NCBI GenBank assembly: GCA_030704615.1
Contig: CM060734.1
Coordinates: 26,970,001-27,034,000, forward strand
Direction of reading: 5' to 3'
DNA: 64,000 nucleotides
DNA from: Takakia lepidozioides
Taxonomy: Eukaryota; Plantae; Bryophyta
The notes beneath the pieces are model-generated. The model made no database searches and had not been told where the DNA came from. It saw only the letters and a program-made list of their open reading frames with translations. The position numbers and the translations under genes were made by a program. Shown in pieces: positions 20,684 through 34,000 of the stretch (the stretch's first letter is position 1; the number at the start of each line of letters is the position of its first letter).

Positions 20684-21517
20684 CGTGCGTGCCAAATTTG
20701 GGAGCGATCCAAATTCATTTGGACCCAAAACCACAGTTTCTTCCCCGTTTTGCACTCCAAACTTGATTTGTGTTCTACTTCGTGCACTCTTCATAGAGAG
20801 TTCTTGCAATAGTGAACGAAGAGAACACCCTTTTTTGGGGGCATTTTTGATTGGTCCGAATTTCGGCGGGGGAGTAGCGGTGGGATGCTGGAAGCCGCTG
20901 AACAAAATTGAGCCAAAAACGAAATCGATACGTGCCAGAATCCCCCAATGAAAGGCAGTGCAAACCTATTTACTGGCTTAAAATAAATTTAAATTCGATT
21001 AAATTGTGGAATGGCTCGAGGGAGGAGCGCGTCGATGGGGAGGCAAATGATTCATTCGTCTGTTGTGTCTCCGCACATGTTCGAGCACATGCGGGCAAAA
21101 GAGGGGCTTCAACCACATCCGTTCAATGGGTGCAATAGTCGTGCGCGCATTGCAGGATTTCTTTTTTCGCATTGAACAAAAACCAGATGACAAGTGAACG
21201 CCTCGTTGGACAATCGAACGAATTTCGATTATTACACTGGGACGTATCGGAGGGTACATTGAACGCACCGGCCAAGTTTCAAAGCGAACGAAAAATCATT
21301 TGGATGGGCAACCATCCGTTGGCCCGTTGAACGAATTTCGATTGATCTCATATTACTCTGGGGCGTCTTACATGGCACATTGAACATAGTGGCCAAGTCT
21401 CGAAGCCAACCAAAATCATTTCGATGGCCAACCATCCGTTGAGCCATCGAATGAATTTCGATTGATCTCTGTCTGCTTTGTATTGCATGTTGTACAACGA
21501 TAACAAGCGTGAGACCT
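20684..21517. repeat. 0.85-kb direct repeat, copy 2, running into the gap
   Basis: Same sequence as copy 1 at offset 1146. Confidence 0.9.
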
Positions 21518-22017
21518 NNNNNNNNNNNNNNNNNNNNNNNNNNNNNNNNNNNNNNNNNNNNNNNNNNNNNNNNNNNNNNNNNNNNNNNNNNNNNNNNNNN
21601 NNNNNNNNNNNNNNNNNNNNNNNNNNNNNNNNNNNNNNNNNNNNNNNNNNNNNNNNNNNNNNNNNNNNNNNNNNNNNNNNNNNNNNNNNNNNNNNNNNNN
21701 NNNNNNNNNNNNNNNNNNNNNNNNNNNNNNNNNNNNNNNNNNNNNNNNNNNNNNNNNNNNNNNNNNNNNNNNNNNNNNNNNNNNNNNNNNNNNNNNNNNN
21801 NNNNNNNNNNNNNNNNNNNNNNNNNNNNNNNNNNNNNNNNNNNNNNNNNNNNNNNNNNNNNNNNNNNNNNNNNNNNNNNNNNNNNNNNNNNNNNNNNNNN
21901 NNNNNNNNNNNNNNNNNNNNNNNNNNNNNNNNNNNNNNNNNNNNNNNNNNNNNNNNNNNNNNNNNNNNNNNNNNNNNNNNNNNNNNNNNNNNNNNNNNNN
22001 NNNNNNNNNNNNNNNNN
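21518..22017. other. Assembly gap of 500 N
   Basis: Round-number N run, so true size and adjacency are unknown. Confidence 0.98.
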
Positions 22018-25000
22018 AAATTGTACGAAAGGGTGAAACCCATCGTTCGATGTTCAAATGAATTTTTGATTGCTTTCAATCTTGCGAGTGTGTTGGACAT
22101 ACCTTGTCACATGCTCCTCTCAAGTATGAAGTCAATCAAATTGATTGAAAGGGTGAACCCATCGTTCGATGTTCAAATGATTTTGATTGCTTTCAAACAT
22201 TGCGAGTGTGTGGACATACCTTGTCAGAGGTACGTGTCGAGTATCAGGTCAATCGAAATTGATGAAAGGGTGAACCCATCGTTCGATGTTCAAATGAATT
22301 TTTGATTGCTTTCAACTTTGCGAGTGTGTTGGACATACCTTGTCACATGCTCCTCTCAAGTATGAAGTCAATCAAAATTGATTGAAAGGGTGAACCCATC
22401 GTTCGATGTTCAAATGATTTTTGATTGCTTTCAATCTTGCGAGTGTGTTGGACATACCTTGTCACATGCTCCTCTCAAGTATGAAGTCAATCAAAATTGA
22501 TTGAAAGGGTGAACCCATCGTTCGATGTTCAAATGATTTTTGATTGCTTTCAATCTTTGCGAGTGTGTTGGACATACCTTGTCACATGCTCCTCTCAAGT
22601 ATGAAGTCAATCAAAATGATTGAAAGGGTGAACCCATCGTTCGATGTTCAAATGATTTTTGATTGCTTTCAAAATTGCGAGTGTGTTGGACATACCTTGT
22701 CACATGCTCCTCTCAAGTATGAAGTCAATCAAAATTGATTGAAAGGGTGAACCCATCGTTCGATGTTCAAATGAATTTTGATTGCTTTCAATCATGCGAG
22801 TGTGTTGGACATACCTTGTCAGAGGTACGTCGAGTATCAGGTCAATCGAAATTGATTGAAAGGGTGAACCCATCGTTCGATGTTCAAATGAATTTTGATT
22901 GCTTTCAATCTTTGCGAGTGTGTTGGACATACCTTGTCACATGCTCCTCTCAAGTATGAAGTCAATCAAAATTGATTGAAAGGGTGACCCATCGTTCGAT
23001 GTTCAAATGAATTTTGATTGCTTTCAATCATTGCGAGTGTGTTGGACATACCTTGTCACATGCTCTCTCAAGTATGAAGTCAATCAAAATGATTGAAAGG
23101 GTGAACCCATCGTTCGATGTTCAAATGATTTTTGATTGCTTTCAAACATGCGAGTGTGTTGGACATACCTTGTCAGAGGTACGTGTCGAGTATCAAGTCA
23201 ATCGAAATTGATTGAAAGGGTGAACCCATCGTTCGATGTTCAAATGAATTTTGATTGCTTTCAATCTTTGCGAGTGTGTTGGACATACCTTGTCACATGC
23301 TCCTCTCAAGTATGAAGTCAATCAAAATTGATTGAAAGGGTGAACCCATCGTTCGATGTTCAAATGATTTTGATTGCTTTCAAACATTGCGAGTGTGTTG
23401 GACATACCTGTCACATGCTCCTCTCAAGTATGAAGTCAATCAAAATTGATTGAAAGGGTGAACCCATCGTTCGATGTTCAAATGATCTTTGATTGCTTTC
23501 AATCTTTGCGAGTGTGTTGGACATACCTTGTCAGAGGTAGTGTGGAGTATCAGGTCAATCGAAATTGATTGAAAGGGTGAACCCATCGTTCGATGTTCAA
23601 ATGAATTTTGATTGCTTTCAATCTTTGCGAGTGTGTTGGACATACCTTGTCACATGCTCCTCTCAAGTATGAAGTCAATCAAAATTGATTGAAAGGGTGA
23701 ACCCATCGTTCGATGTTCAAATGATTTTTGATTGCTTTCAAACATTGCGAGTGTGTTGGACATACCTTGTCAGAGGTACGTGTGGAGTATCAGGTCAATC
23801 GAAATTGTTGAAAGGGTGAACCCATCGTTCGATGTTCAAATGAATTTTTGATTGCTTTCAATCTTTGCGAGTGTGTTGGACATACCTTGTCACATGCTCT
23901 CTCAAGTATGAAGTCAATCAAAATGATTGAAAGGGTGAACCCATCGTTCGATGTTCAAATGATTTTTGATTGCTTTCAAACATTGCGAGTGTGTTGGACA
24001 TACCTTGTCAGAGGTACGTGTCGAGTATCAGGTCAATCGAAATTGATTGAAAGGGTGAACCCATCGTTCGATGTTCAAATGAATTTTTGATTGCTTTCAA
24101 TCTTTGCGAGTGTGTTGGACATACCTTGTCACATGCTCCTCTCAAGTATGAAGTCAATCAAAATTGATTGAAAGGGTGAACCCATCGTTCGATGTTCAAA
24201 TGATTTTTGATTGCTTTCAAACATTGCGAGTGTGTTGGACATACCTTGTCACATGCTCCTTCAAGTATGAAGTCAATCAAAATTGATTCAAAGGGTGAAC
24301 CCATCGTTCGATGTTCAAATGATTTTTGATTGCTTTCAATCTTTGCGAGTGTGTTGGACATACCTTGTCACATGCTCCTCTCAAGTATGAAGTCAATCAA
24401 AATTGATTGAAAGGGTGAACCCATCGTTCGATGTTCAAATGATTTTGATTGCTTTCAAACATTGCGAGTGTGTTGGACATACCTTGTCAGAGGTACGTGT
24501 GGAGTATCAAGTCAATCGAAATTGATTGAAAGGGTGAACCCATCGTTCGATGTTCAAATGAATTTTTGATTGCTTTCAATCTTTGCGATGTGTGTTGGAC
24601 ATACCTTGTCACATGCTCCTCTCAAGTATGAAGTCAATCAAAATTGATTGAAAGGGTGAACCCATCGTTCGATGTTCAAATGAATTTTTGATTGCTTTCA
24701 AACATTGCGAGTGTGTTGGACATACCTTGTCAGAGGTACGTCTCGAGTATCAAGTCAATCGAAAATGATTGAAAGGGTGAACCCATCGTTCGATGTTCAA
24801 ATGAATTTTTGATTGCTTTCAATCTTTGCGAGTGTGTTGGACATACCTTGTCACATGCTCCTCTCAAGTATGAAGTCAATCAAAATTGATTGAAAGGGTG
24901 AACCCATCGTTCGATGTTCAAATGAATTTTGATTGCTTTCAATCTTGCGAGTGTGTTGGACATACCTTGTCACATGCTCCTCTCAAGTATGAAGTCAATC

Positions 25001-28000
25001 AAAATTGATTGAAAGGGTGAACCCATCGTTCGATGTTCAAATGATTTTGATTGCTTTCAATCATTGCGAGTGTGTTGGACATACCTTGTCACATGCTCCT
25101 CTCAAGTATGAAGTCAATCAAAATTGATTGAAAGGGTGAACCCATCGTTCGATGTTCAAATGATTTTTGATTGCTTTCAACATTGCGAGTGTGTTGGACA
25201 TACCTTGTCAGAGGTACGTGTCGAGTATCAGGTCAATCGAAATTGATTGAAAGGGTGAACCCATCGTTCGATGTTCAAATGAATTTTGATTGCTTTCAAT
25301 CTTTGCGAGTGTGTTGGACATACCTTGTCACATGCTCCTCTCAAGTATGAAGTCAATCAAAATTGATTGAAAGGGTGAACCCATCGTTCGATGTTCAAAT
25401 GAATTTTTGATTGCTTTCAAACATTGCGAGTGTGTTGGACATACCTTGTCACATGCTCCTCTCAAGTATGAAGTCAATCAAAATTGATTGAAAGGGTGAA
25501 CCCATCGTTCGATGTTCAAATGATTTTTGATTGCTTTCAAACATTGCGAGTGTGTTGGACATACCTTGTCAGAGGCACGTGTCGAGTATCAGGTCAATCG
25601 AAATTGATTCAAAGGGTGAACCCATCGTTCGATGTTCAAATGAATTTTTGATTGCTTTCAATCTTTGCGAGTGTGTTGGACATACCTTGTCACATGCTCC
25701 TCTCAAGTATGAAGTCAATCAAAATTGATTGAAAGGGTGAACCCATCGTTCGATGTTCAAATGATTTTTGATTGCTTTCAAACATTGCGAGTGTGTTGGA
25801 CATACCTTGTCACATGCTCCTCTCAAGTATGAAGTCAATCAAAATTGATTGAAAGGGTGAACCCATCGTTCGATGTTCAAATGATCTTTGATTGCTTTCA
25901 ATCTTTGCGAGTGTGTTGGACATACCTTGTCAGAGGTACGGTGGAGTATCAGGTCAATCGAAATTGATTCAAAGGGTGAACCCATCGTTCGATGTTCAAA
26001 TGAATTTTGATTGCTTTCAATCTTTGCGAGTGTGTTGGACATACCTTGTCACATGCTCCTCTCAAGTATGAAGTCAATCAAAATTGATTGAAAGGGTGAA
26101 CCCATCGTTCGATGTTCAAATGATCTTTGATTGCTTTCAATCTTTGCGAGTGTGTTGGACATACCTTGTCAGAGGTACGTGTGGAGTATCAGGTCAATCG
26201 AAATTGATTGAAAGGGTGAACCCATCGTTCGATGTTCAAATGAATTTTTGATTGCTTTCAATCTTTGCGAGTGTGTTGGACATACCTTGTCACATGCTCC
26301 TCTCAAGTATGAAGTCAATCAAAATTGATTGAAAGGGTGAACCCATCGTTCGATGTTCAAATGATTTTTGATTGCTTTCAAACATTGCGAGTGTGTTGGA
26401 CATACCTTGTCAGAGGTACGTGTGGAGTATCAGGTCAATCGAAATTGATTGAAAGGGTGAACCCATCGTTCGATGTTCAAATGAATTTTTGATTGCTTTC
26501 AATCTTTGCGAGTGTGTTGGACATACCTTGTCACATGCTCCTCTCAAGTATGAAGTCAATCAAAATTGATTGAAAGGGTGAACCCATCGTTCGATGTTCA
26601 AATGATTTTTGATTGCTTTCAAACATTGCGAGTGTGTTGGACATACCTTGTCACATGCTCCTGTCAAGTATGAAGTCAATCAAATTGATTGAAAGGGTGA
26701 ACCCATCGTTCGATGTTCAAATGATTTTTGATTGCTTTCAATCTTTGCGAGTGTGTTGGACATACCTTGTCACATGCTCCTCTCAAGTATGAAGTCAATC
26801 AAAATTGATTGAAAGGGTGAACCCATCGTTCGATGTTCAAATGATTTTTGATTGCTTTCAAACATTGCGAGTGTGTTGGACATACCTTGTCAGAGGTACG
26901 TGTCGAGTATCAGGTCAATCGAAATTGATTGAAAGGGTGAACCCATCGTTCGATGTTCAAATGAATTTTTGATTGCTTTCAATCTTTGCGAGTGTGTTGG
27001 ACATACCTTGTCACATGCTCCTCTCAAGTATGAAGTCAATCAAAATTGATTGAAAGGGTGAACCCATCGTTCGATGTTCAAATGATTTTTGATTGCTTTC
27101 AAACATTGCGAGTGTGTTGGACATACCTTGTCAGAGGTACGTGTCGAGTATCAGGTCAATCGAAATTGATTGAAAGGGTGAACCCATCGTTCGATGTTCA
27201 AATGAATTTTTGATTGCTTTCAATCTTTGCGAGTGTGTTGGACATACCTTGTCACATGCTCCTCTCAAGTATGAAGTCAATCAAAATTGATTGAAAGGGT
27301 GAACCCATCGTTCGATGTTCAAATGATCTTTGATTGCTTTCAATCTTTGCGAGTGTGTTGGACATACCTTGTCAGAGGTACGTGTGGAGTATCAAGTCAA
27401 TCGAAATTGATTGAAAGGGTGAACCCATCGTTCGATGTTCAAATGAATTTTTGATTGCTTTCAATCTTTGCGAGTGTGTTGGACATACCTTGTCACATGC
27501 TCCTCTCAAGTATGAAGTCAATCAAAATTGATTGAAAGGGTGAACCCATCGTTCGATGTTCAAATGATTTTGATTGCTTTCAAATCTTTGCGAGTGTGTT
27601 GGACATACCTTGTCAGAGGTACGTGTCGAGTATCAGGTCAATCAAAATTGATTGAAAGGGTGAACCCATCGTTCGATGTTCAAATGAATTTTTGATTGCT
27701 TTCAATCTTTGCGAGTGTGTTGGACATACCTTGTCACATGCTCCTCTCAAGTATGAAGTCAATCAAAATTGATTGAAAGGGTGAACCCATCGTTCGATGT
27801 TCAAATGATTTTTGATTGCTTTCAAACATTGCGAGTGTGTTGGACATACCTTGTCAGAGGTACGTGTGGAGTATCAGTCAATCGAAATTGATTGAAAGGG
27901 TGAACCCATCGTTCGATGTTCAAATGAATTTTTGATTGCTTTCAATCTTTGCGAGTGTGTTGGACATACCTTGTCACATGCTCCTCTCAAGTATGAAGTC

Positions 28001-31000
28001 AATCAAAATTGATTGAAAGGGTGAACCCATCGTTCGATGTTCAAATGATTTTGATTGCTTTCAACATTGCGAGTGTGTTGGACATACCTTGTCACATGCT
28101 CCTCTCAAGTATGAAGTCAATCAAAATTGATTGAAAGGGTGAACCCATCGTTCGATGTTCAAATGAATTTTTGATTGCTTTCAAACATTGCGAGTGTGTT
28201 GGACATACCTTGTCAGAGGTACCTGTCGAGTATCAGGTCAATCGAAATTGATTGAAAGGGTGAACCCATCGTTCGATGTTCAAATGAATTTTTGATTGCT
28301 TTCAATCTTTGCGAGTGTGTTGGACATACCTTGTCACATGCTCCTCAAAGGGTGAACCCATCGTTCGATGTTCAAATGAATTTTTGATTGCTTTCAAATC
28401 TTTGCGAGTGTGTTGGACATACCTTGTCACATGCTCCTCTCAAGTATGAAGTCAATCAAAATTGATTGAAAGGGTGAACCCATCGTTCGATGTTCAAATG
28501 AATTTTTGATTGCTTTCAATCTTTGCGAGTGTGTTGGACATACCTTGTCACATGCTCCTCTCAAGTATGAAGTCAATCAAAATTGATTGAAAGGGTGAAC
28601 CCATCGTTCGATGTTCAAATGATTTTGATTGCTTTCAATCTTTGCGAGTGTGTTGGACATACCTTGTCACATGCTCCTCTCAAGTATGAAGTCAATCAAA
28701 ATTGATTGAAAGGGTGAACCCATCGTTCGATGTTCAAATGATTTTTGATTGCTTTCAAACATTGCGAGTGTGTTGGACATACCTTGTCAGAGGTACGTGT
28801 CGAGTATCAGGTCAATCGAAATTGATTCAAAGGGTGAACCCATCGTTCGATGTTCAAATGAATTTTTGATTGCTTTCAATCTTTGCGAGTGTGTTGGACA
28901 TACCTTGTCACATGCTCCTCTCAAGTATGAAGTCAATCAAAATTGATTGAAAGGGTGAACCCATCGTTCGATGTTCAAATGATTTTGATTGCTTTCAAAC
29001 ATTGCGAGTGTGTTGGACATACCTTGTCAGAGGTACGTGTCGAGTATCAAGTCAATCGAAATTGATTGAAAGGGTGAACCCATCGTTCGATGTTCAAATG
29101 AATTTTGATTGCTTTCAATCTTTGCGAGTGTGTTGGACATACCTTGTCACATGCTCCTCTCAAGTATGAAGTCAATCAAAATTGATTGAAAGGGTGAACC
29201 CATCGTTCGATGTTCAAATGAATTTTTGATTGCTTTCAAACATTGCGAGTGTGTTGGACATACCTTGTCAGAGGTACGTGTCGAGTATCAAGTCAATCGA
29301 AATTGATTGAAAGGGTGAACCCATCGTTCGATGTTCAAATGAATTTTTGATTGCTTTCAATCTTTGCGAGTGTGTTGGACATACCTTGTCACATGCTCCT
29401 CTCAAGTATGAAGTCAATCAAAATTGATTGAAAGGGTGAACCCATCGTTCGATGTTCAAATGAATTTTTGATTGCTTTCAAACATTGCGAGTGTGTTGGA
29501 CATACCTTGTCACAGGTACGTGTCGAGTATGGTCAATCGAAATTGATTGAAAGGGTGAACCCATCGTTCGATGTTCAAATGAATTTTTGATTGCTTTCAA
29601 TCTTTGCGAGTGTGTTGGACATACCTTGTCACATGCTCCTCAAAGGGTGAACCCATCGTTCGATGTTCAAATGAATTTTTGATTGCTTTCAATCTTTGCG
29701 AGTGTGTTGGACATACCTTGTCACATGCTCCTCTCAAGTATGAAGTCAATCAAAATTGATTGAAAGGGTGAACCCATCGTTCGATGTTCAAATGATTTTT
29801 GATTGCTTTCAAACATTGCGAGTGTGTTGGACATACCTTGTCACATGCTCCTCTCAAGTATGAAGTCAATCAAAATTGATTGAAAGGGTGAACCCATCGT
29901 TCGATGTTCAAATGATTTTTGATTGCTTTCAAACATTGCGAGTGTGTTGGACATACCTTGTCACAGGTACGTGTCGAGTATCAAGTCAATCGAAATTGAT
30001 TGAAAGGGTGAACCCATCGTTCGATGTTCAAATGAATTTTTGATTGCTTTCAATCTTTGCGAGTGTGTTGGACATACCTTGTCACATGCTCCTCTCAAGT
30101 ATGAAGTCAATCAAAATTGATTGAAAGGGTGAACCCATCGTTCGATGTTCAAATGAATTTTTGATTGCTTTCAAACATTGCGAGTGTGTTGGACATACCT
30201 TGTCAGAGGTACGTGTCGAGTATCAAGTCAATCGAAATTGATTGAAAGGGTGAACCCATCGTTCGATGTTCAAATGATTTTTGATTGCTTTCAATCTTTG
30301 CGAGTGTGTTGGACATACCTTGTCACATGCTCCTCTCAAGTATGAAGTCAATCAAAATTGATTGAAAGGGTGAACCCATCGTTCGATGTTCAAATGATTT
30401 TTGATTGCTTTCAAACATTGCGAGTGTGTTGGACATACCTTGTCAGATGCTCCTCTCAAGTATGAAGTCAATCAAAATTGATTGAAAGGGTGAACCCATC
30501 GTTCGATGTTCAAATGAATTTTTGATTGCTTTCAATCTTTGCGAGTGTGTTGGACATACCTTGTCACATGCTCCTCTCAAGTATGAAGTCAATCAAAATT
30601 GATTGAAAGGGTGAACCCATCGTTCGATGTTCAAATGATTTTTGATTGCTTTCAAACATTGCGAGTGTGTTGGACATACCTTGTCAGAGGTACGTGTCGA
30701 GTATCAGGTCAATCGAAATTGATTCAAAGGGTGAACCCATCGTTCGATGTTCAAATGAATTTTTGATTGCTTTCAATCTTTGCGAGTGTGTTGGACATAC
30801 CTTGTCACATGCTCCTCTCAAGTATGAAGTCAATCAAAATTGATTGAAAGGGTGAACCCATCGTTCGATGTTCAAATGATTTTTGATTGCTTTCAAACAT
30901 TGCGAGTGTGTTGGACATACCTTGTCAGAGGTACGTGTCGAGTATCAAGTCAATCGAAATTGATTGAAAGGGTGAACCCATCGTTCGATGTTCAAATGAA

Positions 31001-34000
31001 TTTTTGATTGCTTTCAATCTTTGCGAGTGTGTTGGACATACCTTGTCACATGCTCCTCTCAAGTATGAAGTCAATCAAAATTGATTGAAAGGGTGAACCC
31101 ATCGTTCGATGTTCAAATGAATTTTTGATTGCTTTCAAACATTGCGAGTGTGTTGGACATACCTTGTCAGAGGTACGTGTCGAGTATCAGTCAATCGAAA
31201 TTGATTGAAAGGGTGAACCCATCGTTCGATGTTCAAATGAATTTTTGATTGCTTTCAATCTTTGCGAGTGTGTTGGACATACCTTGTCACATGCTCCTCT
31301 CAAGTATGAAGTCAATCAAAATTGATTGAAAGGGTGAACCCATCGTTCGATGTTCAAATGATTTTTGATTGCTTTCAAACATTGCGAGTGTGTTGGACAT
31401 ACCTTGTCACAGGTACGTGTCGAGTATGAGGTCAATCGAAATTGATTGAAAGGGTGAACCCATCGTTCGATGTTCAAATGAATTTTTGATTGCTTTCAAT
31501 CTTTGCGAGTGTGTTGGACATACCTTGTCACATGCTCCTCAAAGGGTGAACCCATCGTTCGATGTTCAAATAAATTTTTGATTGCTTTCAATCTTTGCGA
31601 GTGTGTTGGACATACCTTGTCACATGCTCCTCTCAAGTATGAAGTCAATCAAAATTGATTGAAAGGGTGAACCCATCGTTCGATGTTCAAATGATTTTTG
31701 ATTGCTTTCAATCTTTGCGAGTGTGTTGGACATACCTTGTCACATGCTCCTCTCAAGTATGAAGTCAATCAAAATTGATTGAAAGGGTGAACCCATCGTT
31801 CGATGTTCAAATGATTTTTGATTGCTTTCAAACATTGCGAGTGTGTTGGACATACCTTGTCAGAGGTACGTGTCGAGTATCAAGTCAATCGAAATTGATT
31901 GAAAGGGTGAACCCATCGTTCGATGTTCAAATGAATTTTTGATTGCTTTCAATCTTTGCGAGTGTGTTGGACATACCTTGTCACATGCTCCTCTCAAGTA
32001 TGAAGTCAATCAAAATTGATTGAAAGGGTGAACCCATCGTTCGATGTTCAAATGATTTTTGATTGCTTTCAAACATTGCGAGTGTGTTGGACATACCTTG
32101 TCAGAGGTACGTGTCGAGTATCAGTCAATCGAAATTGATTCAAAGGGTGAACCCATCGTTCGATGTTCAAATGAATTTTTGATTGCTTTCAATCTTTGCG
32201 AGTGTGTTGGACATACCTTGTCACATGCTCCTCTCAAGTATGAAGTCAATCAAAATTGATTGAAAGGGTGAACCCATCGTTCGATGTTCAAATGATTTTT
32301 GATTGCTTTCAAACATTGCGAGTGTGTTGGACATACCTTGTCACATGCTCCTCTCAAGTATGAAGTCAATCAAAATTGATTGAAAGGGTGAACCCATCGT
32401 TCGATGTTCAAATGATTTTTGATTGCTTTCAATCTTTGCGAGTGTGTTGGACATACCTTGTCACATGCTCCTCTCAAGTATGAAGTCAATCAAAATTGAT
32501 TGAAAGGGTGAACCCATCGTTCGATGTTCAAATGATTTTTGATTGCTTTCAATCTTTGCGAGTGTGTTGGACATACCTTGTCACATGCTCCTCTCAAGTA
32601 TGAAGTCAATCAAAATTGATTGAAAGGGTGAACCCATCGTTCGATGTTCAAATGAATTTTTGATTGCTTTCAAACATTGCGAGTGTGTTGGACATACCTT
32701 GTCAGAGGTACGTGTCGAGTATCAGTCAATCGAAATTGATTGAAAGGGTGAACCCATCGTTCGATGTTCAAATGAATTTTTGATTGCTTTCAATCTTTGC
32801 GAGTGTGTTGGACATACCTTGTCACATGCTCCTCTCAAGTATGAAGTCAATCAAAATTGATTGAAAGGGTGAACCCATCGTTCGATGTTCAAATGATTTT
32901 TGATTGCTTTCAATCTTTGCGAGTGTGTTGGACATACCTTGTCACATGCTCCTCTCAAGTATGAAGTCAATCAAAATTGATTGAAAGGGTGAACCCATCG
33001 TTCGATGTTCAAATGATTTTGATTGCTTTCAATCTTTGCGAGTGTGTTGGACATACCTTGTCACATGCTCCTCTCAAGTATGAAGTCAATCAAAATTGAT
33101 TGAAAGGGTGAACCCATCGTTCGATGTTCAAATGATTTTTGATTGCTTTCAAACTTTGCGAGTGTGTTGGACATACCTTGTCACATGCTCCTCTCAAGTA
33201 TGAAGTCAATCAAAATTGATTGAAAGGGTGAACCCATCGTTCGATGTTCAAATGAATTTTTGATTGCTTTCAAACATTGCGAGTGTGTTGGACATACCTT
33301 GTCAGAGGTACTGTCGAGTATCAGGTCAATCGAAATTGATTCAAAGGGTGAACCCATCGTTCGATGTTCAAATGAATTTTTGATTGCTTTCAATCTTTGC
33401 GAGTGTGTTGGACATACCTTGTCACATGCTCCTCTCAAGTATGAAGTCAATCAAAATTGATTGAAAGGGTGAACCCATCGTTCGATGTTCAAATGATTTT
33501 TGATTGCTTTCAATCTTTGCGAGTGTGTTGGACATACCTTGTCACATGCTCCTCAAAGGGTGAACCCATCGTTCGATGTTCAAATGAATTTTTGATTGCT
33601 TTCAATCTTTGCGAGTGTGTTGGACATACCTTGTCACATGCTCCTCTCAAGTATGAAGTCAATCAAAATTGATTGAAAGGGTGAACCCATCGTTCGATGT
33701 TCAAATGATTTTTGATTGCTTTCAATCTTTGCGAGTGTGTTGGACATACCTTGTCACATGCTCCTCTCAAGTATGAAGTCAATCAAAATTGATTGAAAGG
33801 GTGAACCCATCGTTCGATGTTCAAATGATTTTGATTGCTTTCAAACATTGCGAGTGTGTTGGACATACCTTGTCACATGCTCCTCTCAAGTATGAAGTCA
33901 ATCAAAATTGATTGAAAGGGTGAACCCATCGTTCGATGTTCAAATGAATTTTTGATTGCTTTCAAACATTGCGAGTGTGTTGGACATACCTTGTCAGAGG

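Noticed and set aside
21348-22305. Long ORFs spanning the N run
   Set aside because: Artefacts of translating the gap.
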